Source: Catajapyx aquilonaris
Lineage: Eukaryota
NCBI GenBank assembly: GCA_000934665.2
Contig: KZ537966.1
Span: forward strand, 1-64,000
Length of the DNA stretch: 64,000 nt
Direction: 5' to 3'
In this document: piece after piece, positions 23,101-35,100 of the stretch
Layout: every line of letters begins with the position of its first letter
Numbering within the stretch: the stretch's first letter is position 1
Made by a program: the position numbers and the translations under genes
Notes under the pieces: generated by a model
Seen by the model: the letters and a program-made list of their open reading frames with translations, nothing else
The model's database searches: none
What the model was told of the DNA's origin: nothing

Positions 23101-26100
23101 TATTTGCTTGGTTAAATCCCCCCCACCCCACCCCCTTCCAAAAAAAAAGTGGGTTCAAATACTGTATAAGAAGGGCTCCACTTTTTGGAAGGGCATCAAG
23201 TACTTGGACAAACTTACATAATTCAAATACAGCTAACAGCCTTTCCCTTTAAGATATCGCTGGTCTAACCCTTTTCTCCAGCAGTGAAAAGTGACGTCGT
23301 AAAAGTATAAGTGCAGGACGCCTGCAAGTTTTTTTGGCAGATGCGAGAATAAATGTCGTTTTGAGTCTGGCTGCAACAAAAAAGTGGGTCGGAAAAAAAA
23401 AAAACTGAGCGCCATCATGGAAAAAGTTTACTTCTGTTATGTTAGGCACAGTATCAACGTCATCAACTCCCGGAGAGGAAAAGGTTTTAAAACCCGATTC
23501 CTCTCGACAGACCCGGATTTGTCCCCTTCAGCTCCAGAACGAGACTATTTCAATGCCAGTTTTTTTTCCCCCCCATCAGAGGTTCACCAAACGAAAAATC
23601 CAAAAGATGCCCTTTTTTTTGGACTCATCGATAAAAACCAGCGCTCTCGTCCATTAGAGTTTGGGGAGGGTGCAAACACACATTTTTAATGGCTGCAAGC
23701 AGCGTTGACTGATTACCAACATTCCCCAAGAGATAGTCAATTGCGCCCCAGCCTCTACCTCGTTTGTTCCGCTCTCTCGTTTGTTATCAGGCACAACAGA
23801 GTTGACAAGCCAAACTACACAACAAACAGGAAGTTCGACACGTGTAAACGGTCCCCTGTCGCCTGACCACAGGCAAAATGGACAACTAAGGGGGGTAGGG
23901 GCCAAACTCCAAAGTCACGGCCTTGGTTTGCCGGAGTTTCCGCGGAGGTGTCCACAAAAGGGCTGGCGGGTAGAAAGAAGTCGATAAGTCGATTTGGGTG
24001 TCCCCTTTTGTACTGTGCCAGCTACCAGCATGGTCTCAAGCAGACACACACACAAAAAAAATCACGGTCGCTACAGGTATTTCAAACAGTACAAATCATA
24101 TACCGTGTCAGCAAACAAGCCAGTTTTTAGTTTTGTCCAGAACTGGGCCTGCCAACTAAAATGACCTGGACAACTTCCAAAATGGGTCGGGGTCCCTCAC
24201 TTTTTTTTATTGTCTCGCAACATGCTTTTTTTCCGCCTCTCTCTCTCTCTCTCCCTTGTTAACTTCATTAGGTCCAATTGCCCTCCTCTGGCACTCCGCT
24301 CCACTCATTTGCATCCCAAATCCATTCCACTTTTGCGTCTCTATTTGGATCATCTGCCAAAGCGCGTTGTGCAGATCTCCGGCTCCCAAAAGTGCGAGAT
24401 ATTCCGAATGGGAACCAGTTGGGGGGGGGGGGGGGGNAAAGCGAACAAATCTGCGCAAACAATCCAGCATGATGTCCATTGCCTGTGAAGAATGTTCCCA
24501 TCGACCTTGGATGGTTGACAAACGCTGGTGGCAGCCAGCACACTATTCTCCTGTAGATTACATTCCGTCTGCTCGTTTACCCAGCTTGGTCCATCAGGTA
24601 CTGGTGGGATGAGGGGGGACCCCCCAAAGTATGTGAGAGCAATTGCTAGAAAAGCCCTGATCCTCGTCAGACCACCATCTTCCACAGAGAGGTCGGAAGG
24701 AACACCCAATTTGGGCAAACTGGGCAAGCATGTTGATTTGAACCCCAGATGTACCTGCTTAATTTTCCTAGGACGATATCTCATCTAAGTTAAATTGAGA
24801 GGTCCCCTGAACCCTTTTCCAACGACCCTGTAACATCTGTTGTTGGGGGGGTCCTCTTCGTCGCTGGGAAAATACGACGCCAATAAAGGCGTACTTTATG
24901 TCACAAAAGGGGTTTACGTGACTGTGGACGAGATCTGGGCAGCAAGAACCGTCGCTGATTTCTTCAAATCTCGCATTGGCAAGTGGACACCTGGGCAAAC
25001 GGTAGGCTTGAATAGAGACATTGTGTGCTAACAAATCTTGCTGCAAACGGCCTTTACTCTCTAAAATATTTTTGAGTAGGTTACATCAACTCAAATTAAA
25101 GGACAAAATCTCCGATTGTGTTTGTGTTGAGAGCGCACTCTTAATATCCTCTTGGCTCTTGGGTAAAATATGTATGTCAATTTATGTCATAAAAATTAGT
25201 GGTTTCCCCTTCGATTTGAATAAAACGCAAAATAAAATGCTAAGAATTGGCATGTTTAAGAGCAAAACAACTCAAATTCAACAGAAACGTTCAAAATAAC
25301 GTCAAGGGCACTCGGCGTCATATTAACCGAATTTGATCCCGGATTTAGCCAATTGGATCACTGGCTTCATGAAATCCGCTCTATGCGACCTTGTTTTTCA
25401 AAAGGACACGCACTCTATTCAAGTGCATCCCTCCTGCTCTCTCTTTCCAAGAGCGAACCACTTCATATCCATATAATCCGCATCCAGGATTGAACTTTTA
25501 ACTAAAAATAGAGGATCTCTTCTCTCCGCCTCCTCTCCTCACCTCGGCAAAAGGCCATGAATTTTTCACGAGATACTTTTTCCCCTACGAATGCTGAAAT
25601 TCTTATGATGTACTTAGTGCGACTTCACTTCCGCCAGACTCCCCTTTTCTCCGCCCCAGTTTTCTTTCTCGTTAGACCCTGAAGTCTTCGTCACCATAAA
25701 AAAAAAATTCCAAGGCGCAACGACGAACAAAAATTGTCTCAAAGTATAATCCCGATTTTGGTCTGTGTCGACCAGACAGCGACGACAGGCGATTAAACCG
25801 TTATGTGACAATGGACCGCACAGCACGTGCGGGTAGGGACCTGCATGTCCAAATTGTTTACTGATTGCTAACGACGAGTTTGGCCACCGCCGCAGGTAAT
25901 GTCAGACCCTCAGGAAAACGGAAAAAGAGCCCGCTTTTGCCCCTACTAATGGAATTACGCTCATTTGTCTCCTGGAGACTGGCAGGACTTACTGAGGGAG
26001 AGGGGGGGGGGAGGGCTAACAAAACACGTTCGCCTGGAAATTAAATTGGAGCAAAGGCGACGGGGACGACGTCACTTTCGACATGCCCGTGCTCCCAAAC

Positions 26101-29100
26101 GAGCTCGACTACAGCAGGACGCGTCCTACCTTTCGGCGGTTGCTGAGAGGAAAAAAAAAAGAAGGAAGAAGCTTAGTCCGTGTTCCGATTGTAAAATTAG
26201 ACCTTCCACAGTCGCTTGTTGCCCCTCAGATGCTGGCGAGGATTACAAAGTGGACTCTGTAAGGACGACTTCCCAAGCCAACATATAAAACACACGCGGC
26301 GTGTGTGTCACGGACAGGCTTCGGTGGCAAATCTGCTTTAATAGGTTTATCAAAGCTGAGTACAAACAGGGGTATAGGCGGGGGATAAAATTATTCGGTC
26401 CCCAGAAGACTGGCCTTAAATGCATTAAACGGGTGGTGGGGGCTAGTGACAGCTAGTGCAGCGTACAAATGAGTCAAGAAGGACTGGCAAAGTGTACAGC
26501 GTGCCGGATGCAGATCATTTCTGTGTGTTATATTCAACACCCGGATTAAAAATTTAACTTGACAACTGGATGCCAAAAATAATTGGATGCCCAACCTGAA
26601 ATGCCAGTGATAATGCATGAAATGCGACAACTATATGCGCAATAATGCATGATGTACTGTACTGTATGTCATGCGGTTGGACCAGTCCAGAGTTGAATAT
26701 GAAGCCTGTCAAATATACCAGTCCTAAGAACTGTTATGGCCAGCTTTTATCAAGCATTAGTGGGGACATAAGTGGCTAATCATAAGTTCCGTTGTCGTTG
26801 TGTCATCGTTTAAACATTTTGCGTGACGATTACGTGGCTTGCGGTCAAGTCGTCACCAACGCATGAAACGACAAAGTCGTTACTGTCACACCGTGTGCTG
26901 AATCATAACCAAATTTCTGGAATTCCAGCTAGTGTTTTTTTCTAACAAATTTCAGGCTTAGAATCATTCTAAGCCTGAAATTTGTTAGAAAAAAACACTA
27001 GCAAAATGTGACCGTCACAGTAGGCTACTAGTAGTACTGTGACGGTCACATTTTGCACAAAAAAATAGTGCCAAAACAGGACTTACTTCCGTCCCCTGCA
27101 CCTTGAGCTTCATGTGATCTTCCCGAGTCGTCTTGCCATCTTTCCTCTTCTTCCAGCAGTACCCATCTCGACGGTACCGCACCTTCTTCCTGCTGTACAG
27201 CAGCATGGAGCCACTCTTCGGCCTGAAAAGAGTCAACAGTCAAAAACAGTGTCTAACACCATGCACAGGGCTGATCAAAACATGACGCAAAGTCCCACAG
27301 TACCAAAAAAACGCAAGGTTCAGTCTCATCAAAACCCGAGCCAAAAAAAAAACAACCCCCGCATGTGCATCTCATCCTCCGTATATGGCCATGTTTCACG
27401 GCTAATAAATCGCCATGATACCCCTCGCATCTACCCTCCCCACATGTGAAGTCTGCGGCTGTCGTTCAGGACGAAATAACCTCTCGGCGTTGCCAACCAT
27501 CCACAGTTGGCAATCAAAACGTGATTGACGGCCTGGAAATTTTCACGTCCGACAAAAAAAGAGCCGCCATAGCTGAAGCATAGGCGTTAAGAACCTTGTA
27601 TATACCCCAGCTCCCCGTGTATAGTTCCAAAACCTTTCTGCCTGCAAATCCAATTTTTCATTTCTCTCCCTCAGCAATAACATCTTCGAACGGAGCTCTA
27701 CTTTCTACTCACTACAGGGAAATAGTTTCCTGAAGAGTCGATTGAAGTGCGGAGTTTTCTTTTACAACCGTAGGGAGAAAAAAAAGAAAAGAATGAGCAA
27801 AGTTTTTCCTCCCCTTCTGCCCGCCCCCTTTTCCTTCCCCTTTTCCCAGGGTTTTCTCTGTACTCTGGAAGAAAAAAAAACAAAAACAATTGCTATGCCC
27901 AGTATTATGGCAAAGGGGATCAGGTCATCAATACAAATGAGCCTGCGGAATTTCGTCAATAACCAGAGAGCATCCCTGCTGCATAGTTGTGTGATTGAAA
28001 AAGACTCAAATTAATTCACGATGAACAATGTTATATTGCCTTCTAACGCTAGTATAGCGTCGGGGTAAATTAAATCCGGTGCTCTCTCTCGAGAGTCAAC
28101 TCTCATCTTCAAAAAATGCTGGCTCCCGAGTTCTCTGACCCGGAACGAAGGAAGATGAAATTACTCCCCGTTTTCAGTTTCCCATTTCAATTTGACTCCC
28201 TTGATTAACTCACTGACTTATGTTAATATCTTCGGGCATATTTGTTTCCAAGTAAGCAAGAGCAGGGATTCATTATTAGCATCCGAGAAAATAATGCTTA
28301 CTTTTCCTAAAATTGGCCAGCAAATTAATGCAACGTCATGTCGACATGCTGCACCAAAAAAAAGGGGGGCTTGTTAGCAACTTTCCTGTATTAATCGCTG
28401 CAGCAAGATCGCAATCTCTTACAAAGTATGCCATGATAGCGCCTTGCCTTGCCAAAAAGGAAAATGCATTGCGAAGCAGTTCATAATCGTCTGACAAGAG
28501 ACTTGACTTGGATCGGCTTATCAGGCAGCCATTTGTCGACTCTGGCAGCCTCTCGGTTTGGGAGGTATACTGTACTTATAGTATGTACCCAATTCGTTTT
28601 CAAATATCTGCTGCTGTACTGTACTGATGTGTCCCAGCCCTCTTTTCTCATCCAGCATGAGACACGGATGGAAACCAATCAGCTTGCAGTGGAATGGGTT
28701 AAAATGGCGTCTGGCACTTGCGGGCGTCTCCTGCACTTTCCTACCCTTCGGCCTTCCATCGGGGGCCATTTGGATGCCGCCGCAACCACCGCCAGCGGGA
28801 TGCGGCATAACAGCTCATGTCTCTGCCATCAGGCCCTGGCTTATTGGCAGCCAAACCTATACGTGAGCCTCTGCTAACAAATAAACGGGGGGGCCAAACC
28901 CAAGCTGTCTCTCTCTTCTAGCAAACCCAGCAGCAGCCGCGCACAAAACCCATGATGGATTCACCTCGTCTCCAGCCTCCAAATCTAAATTAATCTTTGG
29001 TTATGTCGCCATCTCTCCTGTGGATAAGTAAAAAAATGGCAGCCAGTTTGTGCGACAAACATAATTCGACATCCTGTATCAATTTGTGCGATCGACGAGC

Positions 29101-32100
29101 TGCCTGGAACATCTTTAAACAGATGATTCATATATTTGTCGGGTGATCGAGTCCGCTGATGAAATTTGACCCGAGCCTGCTGCTGCTGGGGGGGCTGGGT
29201 ATAGTGAATGACCTTCCAGGGGCAAAAGTGATTCCCCAGTCTGGTGGGCAATATTTGCCCCTCTCAACATGATCAGGGGAGGACCAAGGAGAAGGCTCCT
29301 CTCGGGGTGATGAATCGATTTCATATTCATGTCAGCATCCAGCCAGTCGGCAGAGGACCGCAGGGCGAGAAGGGAGAGAATGAATTCTTTGAGTGGAAGG
29401 CGGAAGCGACGGAGCGTCTTGGCGAATGCTCTGCATACCAAGCCCAATGATGGAGGCTCCGGGGCCTCCCCCAGAATTTCCACCATTTTCCAACCNNNNN
29501 NNNNNNNNNNNNNNNNNNNNNNNNNNNNNNNNNNNNNNNCCCCCCCTCTTTCCAAACTATTTGCTCAGCACTTTCCAGCCTTCTTAATTATGCCCGCTGC
29601 AGCTTTTTACTCAAAAGCTAGTTACCTGCACCTCTCGCTCCCACCAAAATGTGTTTACAAAGGCATGGTGCGGGCACAAATAATATATTCAGACAGGAAA
29701 CTGCTGCGTAGTCATTTAATTTCAAGCAGGATATTGTTCCTCCCGCATGCATCAAACCCGCACTTGTTTGCGTGCACACGCACTGTACACATCTCCGGGC
29801 AGTCCTTATCATCCCCGGTGTTTTTCCGGTCATGCTGCTGCTGCAATTCCCAGATTATTCCAGCATCGATCCGGAGTTTCGGCCCTTTTGTTTACCACCG
29901 ACCCGGAAGGTCACCATTCACCTGCACGTCCTCTCAGACCCCCCCGAACAAACACCGTCGTCTTTGTGCACTGCCGCAGTCGTAAGCCCCCGGAACAATT
30001 CCGGTTCGTTTGTTCCAGTAACATCAGCGTCACTCGCTCCAGTCTCTCTAAAAGTGAAACAACTCTTTTGCCGATCGGTCATCTCTGCTGGGAATTTTCC
30101 AGGCTAAAAACCGAGTCGCGCACACACACATTCACATTGACAGATTCATTTCACCTTGTCACGCGCTCGCTCTAGCACATGTTTTAACCAAATGGGTTGG
30201 TGAAATATCACCGCAAGCAACTATTGGCAGGTTGTGTAACAAAACGGTTTGATTTTGCTGGGCTATGGGAGGTTATCCAGATCAGGGTCGTCGCATTTTT
30301 ATTTTATTTTTTGTTAGAAGGGTTGGGTCACTTCTTGTTGGGGGTGATTCGGGCGCAAAATCAAAGCACCTGGAGGTAGCGAAACACAGGAAATTGAATT
30401 CTGGAAACGGCTTCGGTGCGAGGGAGATTACTCAGGGTGTATTTCGGCCACTTTCTCTTATCGATCATGGGCCCCGGAGTTCAAATTCATCCGGTGTTAC
30501 AGCGCTCTCTGCCTTTTAAGCCCTCCCTGCATGGAACCCTTGTAATAACGTAATGTACGTGATCAAAAGAACCAACCCCATTTAAATCGTGCAGCTTTCA
30601 TAATAATAATAATGAAAAAGAGAGGACAATAAAATAATTCCAAATGCTGTTTTATCCTGACTAGTTAGACAACCCAAGAGCCTCTCTTGTTTAACCAGAA
30701 GGCTACACAGCAGGGGCAAACGTTGACCCGATTTTTTTAAAAAAAACAAATCGCCCATGTTACTGATGCAGTGTCGAGTGCAGACATGTATAACCAGTGA
30801 CAGTCGAACATGAAACGACCTTCGCCAATATTGGCACACAGTATTATCCGATAAGCACTAAGCAGGGATGAGTTAATACAGTCATGCAGTACATTTCAGC
30901 CATCGCATCAGAGCATTGTCAATTGACACACTGTGGGGCTACTGGTAGACCTATTGTCAAAGGGTTAATCGTCGTAGATAACTTAGAATTTAAGCGATTA
31001 ACCGTGACGAGTTACATTATGCTCCCAAGCATATCCGGTTATCATATTCATGCTGTATTGCACCAACATCCGTATAAAAGAGCAGGCGGCTCTTTGGGCA
31101 GTCATCAGGCCGAATAAAAATGGCATCAGTGTCGGTTAATATAAAATAACAAATTGGCAAAATATTAAGTGAACAGCCAAGTGCTAAAATTTTGATCAAT
31201 ATTGCATTTTAAATTCTGGTATGTCTCATGACAAAAATAATATTTTCATTTCGGATGCACTGCATACAATTTTATGCTCAACATTTTTGCACGAACTGCA
31301 CCCCTATAATTAACTCACAATAATTGTGAGTTAATTATAGGGGTGCAGGAGTAATGAAGGCAATGTTTAGAATTGAACATTGCCTTCATTACTCCTGCAT
31401 AATACAGCCTGCAACATCTGCATTCATTCGCCTGCTCGCGAAACATGTAACGTAACTTCAAGGTCACTCTACAAAATCCGCTCCCCTAATATTCGCCATA
31501 TCACCCTCTCAGAACCAAACAAAAAGCACTCCCAGAAAAATGGGCCCCACTTTCAACCTCGACTGACAACCCGGTAGCTTTCACCTCATCCATCACCACC
31601 GGAGCCATCTTCCAGGTAAGAAGCCGGGAGGGAAAAAAAATCCGAAAGCTTTCGAGTGCGGTTTACAACCCGGTACTCCGCGTATCCGTTACCGTAATAA
31701 AAGTGAGGCTAATATTATCCGCCGAGAAAATATCCTGAAGCATGTGCCATCATGTTTACACCACCCACGCACAGTTCGCAGGCCACCCTCATTAAGTCAG
31801 ACGGCTTTTTCAGGTCTTGCGGCTATTTCAAGACGAATAACAATAAATCGGATTTTATGCCCTCCCACCCAAACTTGACCTTCCCTGCCGGTGTTTACTT
31901 TAAAGCGCACGAGGCCCTAAAACCGGTGCGGAGGGAAAAGTTTGGGGGGAGGCCTGGTGAAAAATTGCACAAGTTTCTCCATCAAGTGGACAGCCGAGTA
32001 GAGTCCCAGGAAGAGTTATTAATCCTTTTTCCTGGGAAACCAATTCCCAGAATTTTCACGGCATCCCCCCCCCCCTACCCATCCAACCTAAAATATGTTA

Positions 32101-35100
32101 TGCGAGAAAAGTTGGACAAGTTGGAAATTCCATCACGTATACACTAGGAGAGCAGGCCGGTTCGTATTCAAATTTTTCTGCAGAGAAAAGTTTCCTATTC
32201 CGTCAACTTTTTTTATATATAAAAAAAACCATAATTAAAAATGTGCGTAATGGCAGTCGGTATCGATCTCTATTCCACGATATTAAGTTGGAACGTGAAT
32301 CCAAAAAGTTACTTTTTTTCGGCGTCCTAGTAATGGCACTGTGTCAAGGTGTTTCAAAAAAAAAAAAAAAAATCTGGCTAATTTTTTTAAAGCAATGCGG
32401 CATGGTATTGTTGACGGTACTCCACGCTGTGTCCTAATGTGATCAAAGGCCAGTCAATTGAATAGGTGTGACGGGTCAGTACAGAGAATAACAGGTAGAC
32501 CACTTACCTGATTTTGACTTCCTTTGACAGCCATTCGTTGTGCCTGTCAAAACTGATGAGAATGGCGGCGATTTCCTGCAACGAGAGAGAGAAGCGAGCA
32601 TCAGAATGATGGCTAATGGCGAGGAAAACAAAGGACCCCGGACGCGACCAACGGAGCGGAAAATGAGGTTTCCGTTCCAAAGGAGGCCAGAAATTAACGA
32701 AAAAGAAAATGGGTATAGGGGGGGCCAAACTTGCGCGACTCTGTTTCCGGCGCCGTTTTCTTTTCCTAAGGCATCGTCAAAATTTATCCCGCGAGCTCTC
32801 AAACTCGTTACTTTGTTCGATCCCCCCTCGATCCAGTCAAATTTCGAATAAAGAGCTCACAAAAGCAAGCTTGTTAAATGAGCAAATAACACCTTCGTAG
32901 CAGCTACTACTTCACCAGACTTTGCCCTGGTTGCGATAAATTATTCAGAGTAATTACGTTCACAATGAGCAGGACCTGAACGAAGAGGCTGCCTCAGCTC
33001 GGCAGAATTCGAATCGGGAAAAGCAAGTCGCGACCTAAAGTTTATTGACACTTCTTGCGAACAGGGTGTGCCATAACTCCATGCTGATAATAATGCATTA
33101 ACCCACTTTTCTCTCCAGAAGCTCACCTCTGCGATACGGCACGTGCGCCAAGTGTAAGTGTAAATAATACATTCAACCACCAAGCAGACCTAATACAACA
33201 CGCTAAATAATATATGCAGCCTGTACTGCTCGGGAAATCCCTTGGAATGTATGGTATGTTTCGGGTTCTCGTAATGTGCTTAATAACAGCGTAATTGCGA
33301 GCTATTTCGTTCGGTAATCCTGAATTATGCATATGTGAAATGGCTCTTACATATCACAAAATTAATGCAGATTAAATTTGACACGACCTGAATGTACAGC
33401 ATGGTTACACCATGGCACGCAATTCTTCTGTAAATGCAAACATAGCAGAGTCAGTACGCCTTTGACACAGAGAGTACCCAATTACCCCCATGTGTACCTT
33501 ACATTATTCCCTCTAACCTCGCACTCGGTGTAGATGTCCCGATTGAAAATTGGTCTGGCACGTACAAGAAATACACACATAGATGCTATCATACGGCCGG
33601 TCGCCCATGAATACTGTACGACCAGTTAATTTCCCGCTTGCCCCTACATGGTTATATAGTTTCCGATAAATCCAGCCAGCAATATCTGTATCGCCCTGCC
33701 AAGCCACGGAAAAAAGGAAGGGGCCAAGCCCCGTCAAGCTGTCCAATCGCGAAGTAAGGAAGCTGCCAGCTAAAGTAACCTGACAGAGGCAGAAAACGAA
33801 TTGGATTCGATCAGCGAAGGCAGAAAAACCCGAAGAAAAATATTCCAGTTTTGCAGGATGAAAAAAAGAGCCAAATTTGTGCACTTGGCCTTGGGTATAC
33901 CTGCATCTTTTTTAGGAGGGGGGAAATCAGGGGGCAGGTGCGGGGATGGGTAAAAATCCTCGGGTTTCCACTATCAGAGGCTGATTTATACAGAGTGGGG
34001 CTGGGCGAACTGGCGACTTTCCAGCCCCCATAACTCATCCCCTTCGAACCCGGGCTGCCGGCTACTCCATTCCCAGATGCACATTAACGCCAGCCCACAG
34101 GACATCCCCGGAAGCAATCCGAACCGATCGGAGGGGGCTCCCCAAAGACCCCGTAGCTGAAAAATGCTTCCCACGGACAGAGGCATGTTTATTTTCGACA
34201 TTTGCCCCGCACATTTTATTTGACTGGAGCTAAAAAAAAAATTAAAGGCGCCCTAACTTACACTTTTTGGACAATGGTGGAGCCTGCCTCCCGGGCAAAA
34301 CGCAAAGCTCTATCCGCCAAATTACCAGCTGATTACTGAATCAATACTAGGCCTAACGCTGTATAGGCCCCAGCCTGCAATCAAACATGAATAGCGCACG
34401 AGCCACCGGGCGCGTCCGAAAATCAATGGCCATTACCGTTCTGCTAGTTCAGTACATCCCTGAGAGTGTGCGGTTTCCGTCACACACTGACACACACGTG
34501 CCCTTACTCGCACAACCAATTCGTCGGCACAGGGAAGGCAATCTCATTAACCTTAGCATCCAAGGACACAGAACCCAATGTGCCGTGACAGGCGCCGAAC
34601 CTTAAGATTACCGAAAAGAGCAGTCTAACCTTCCCACACCCGAGGAAGAAAAAAAAAAACACACGGAGGAATATTTATTAATATGACCTCTACACGCGGT
34701 TGATATCGGACCGCCCGAAAGTGTCACGTACTATGCCGGTTCGCATTGGATGGACGTGACCAATCTGCCCAATGGCTCGTCCTGATTGAACTGGCCAAAT
34801 AAAGTCGGACGGGGTGTAAAATGAGCTGGGTGAGTTAAGAGTAATGCGAGGCTGCCCACTTCACTCACACAACTATAGAGGTCGGACTGACCTCGCGTTT
34901 TTTTTTTTTTTNTACGACCAGGGCGGTGACTGGATCGCTGGCCATCAGCGCAATTACATGGGATCCCCCTGGAAAATCCGGAGGGCTGGCCTGGTAGTCA
35001 GCAACCGGAGCCACTTTTTCATTGGCAATGGGCCGGAAGATGCGATAAAGGAGCAGTTCCGGGGGGGGGGGCAACCCAAAAGAGACGAACTTTGCAGCCC

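Noticed and set aside
23740..23800. Minus-strand ...GGAACAAACGAG|GTAGAG resembling the NTNE|gt exon end
   Set aside because: It encodes ESGTNE without RHRW and lies in the wrong order. The real exon is 56758-56849.
24840..25031. 63-aa ORF containing VTVDE, reminiscent of a piggyBac catalytic motif
   Set aside because: The flanking residues do not resemble a transposase, and five residues are not evidence.
29115..29555. 146-aa minus-strand ORF as a possible alternative first coding exon
   Set aside because: It spans an N gap, ends in a stop with no convincing donor before it, and resembles no protein I recognise.
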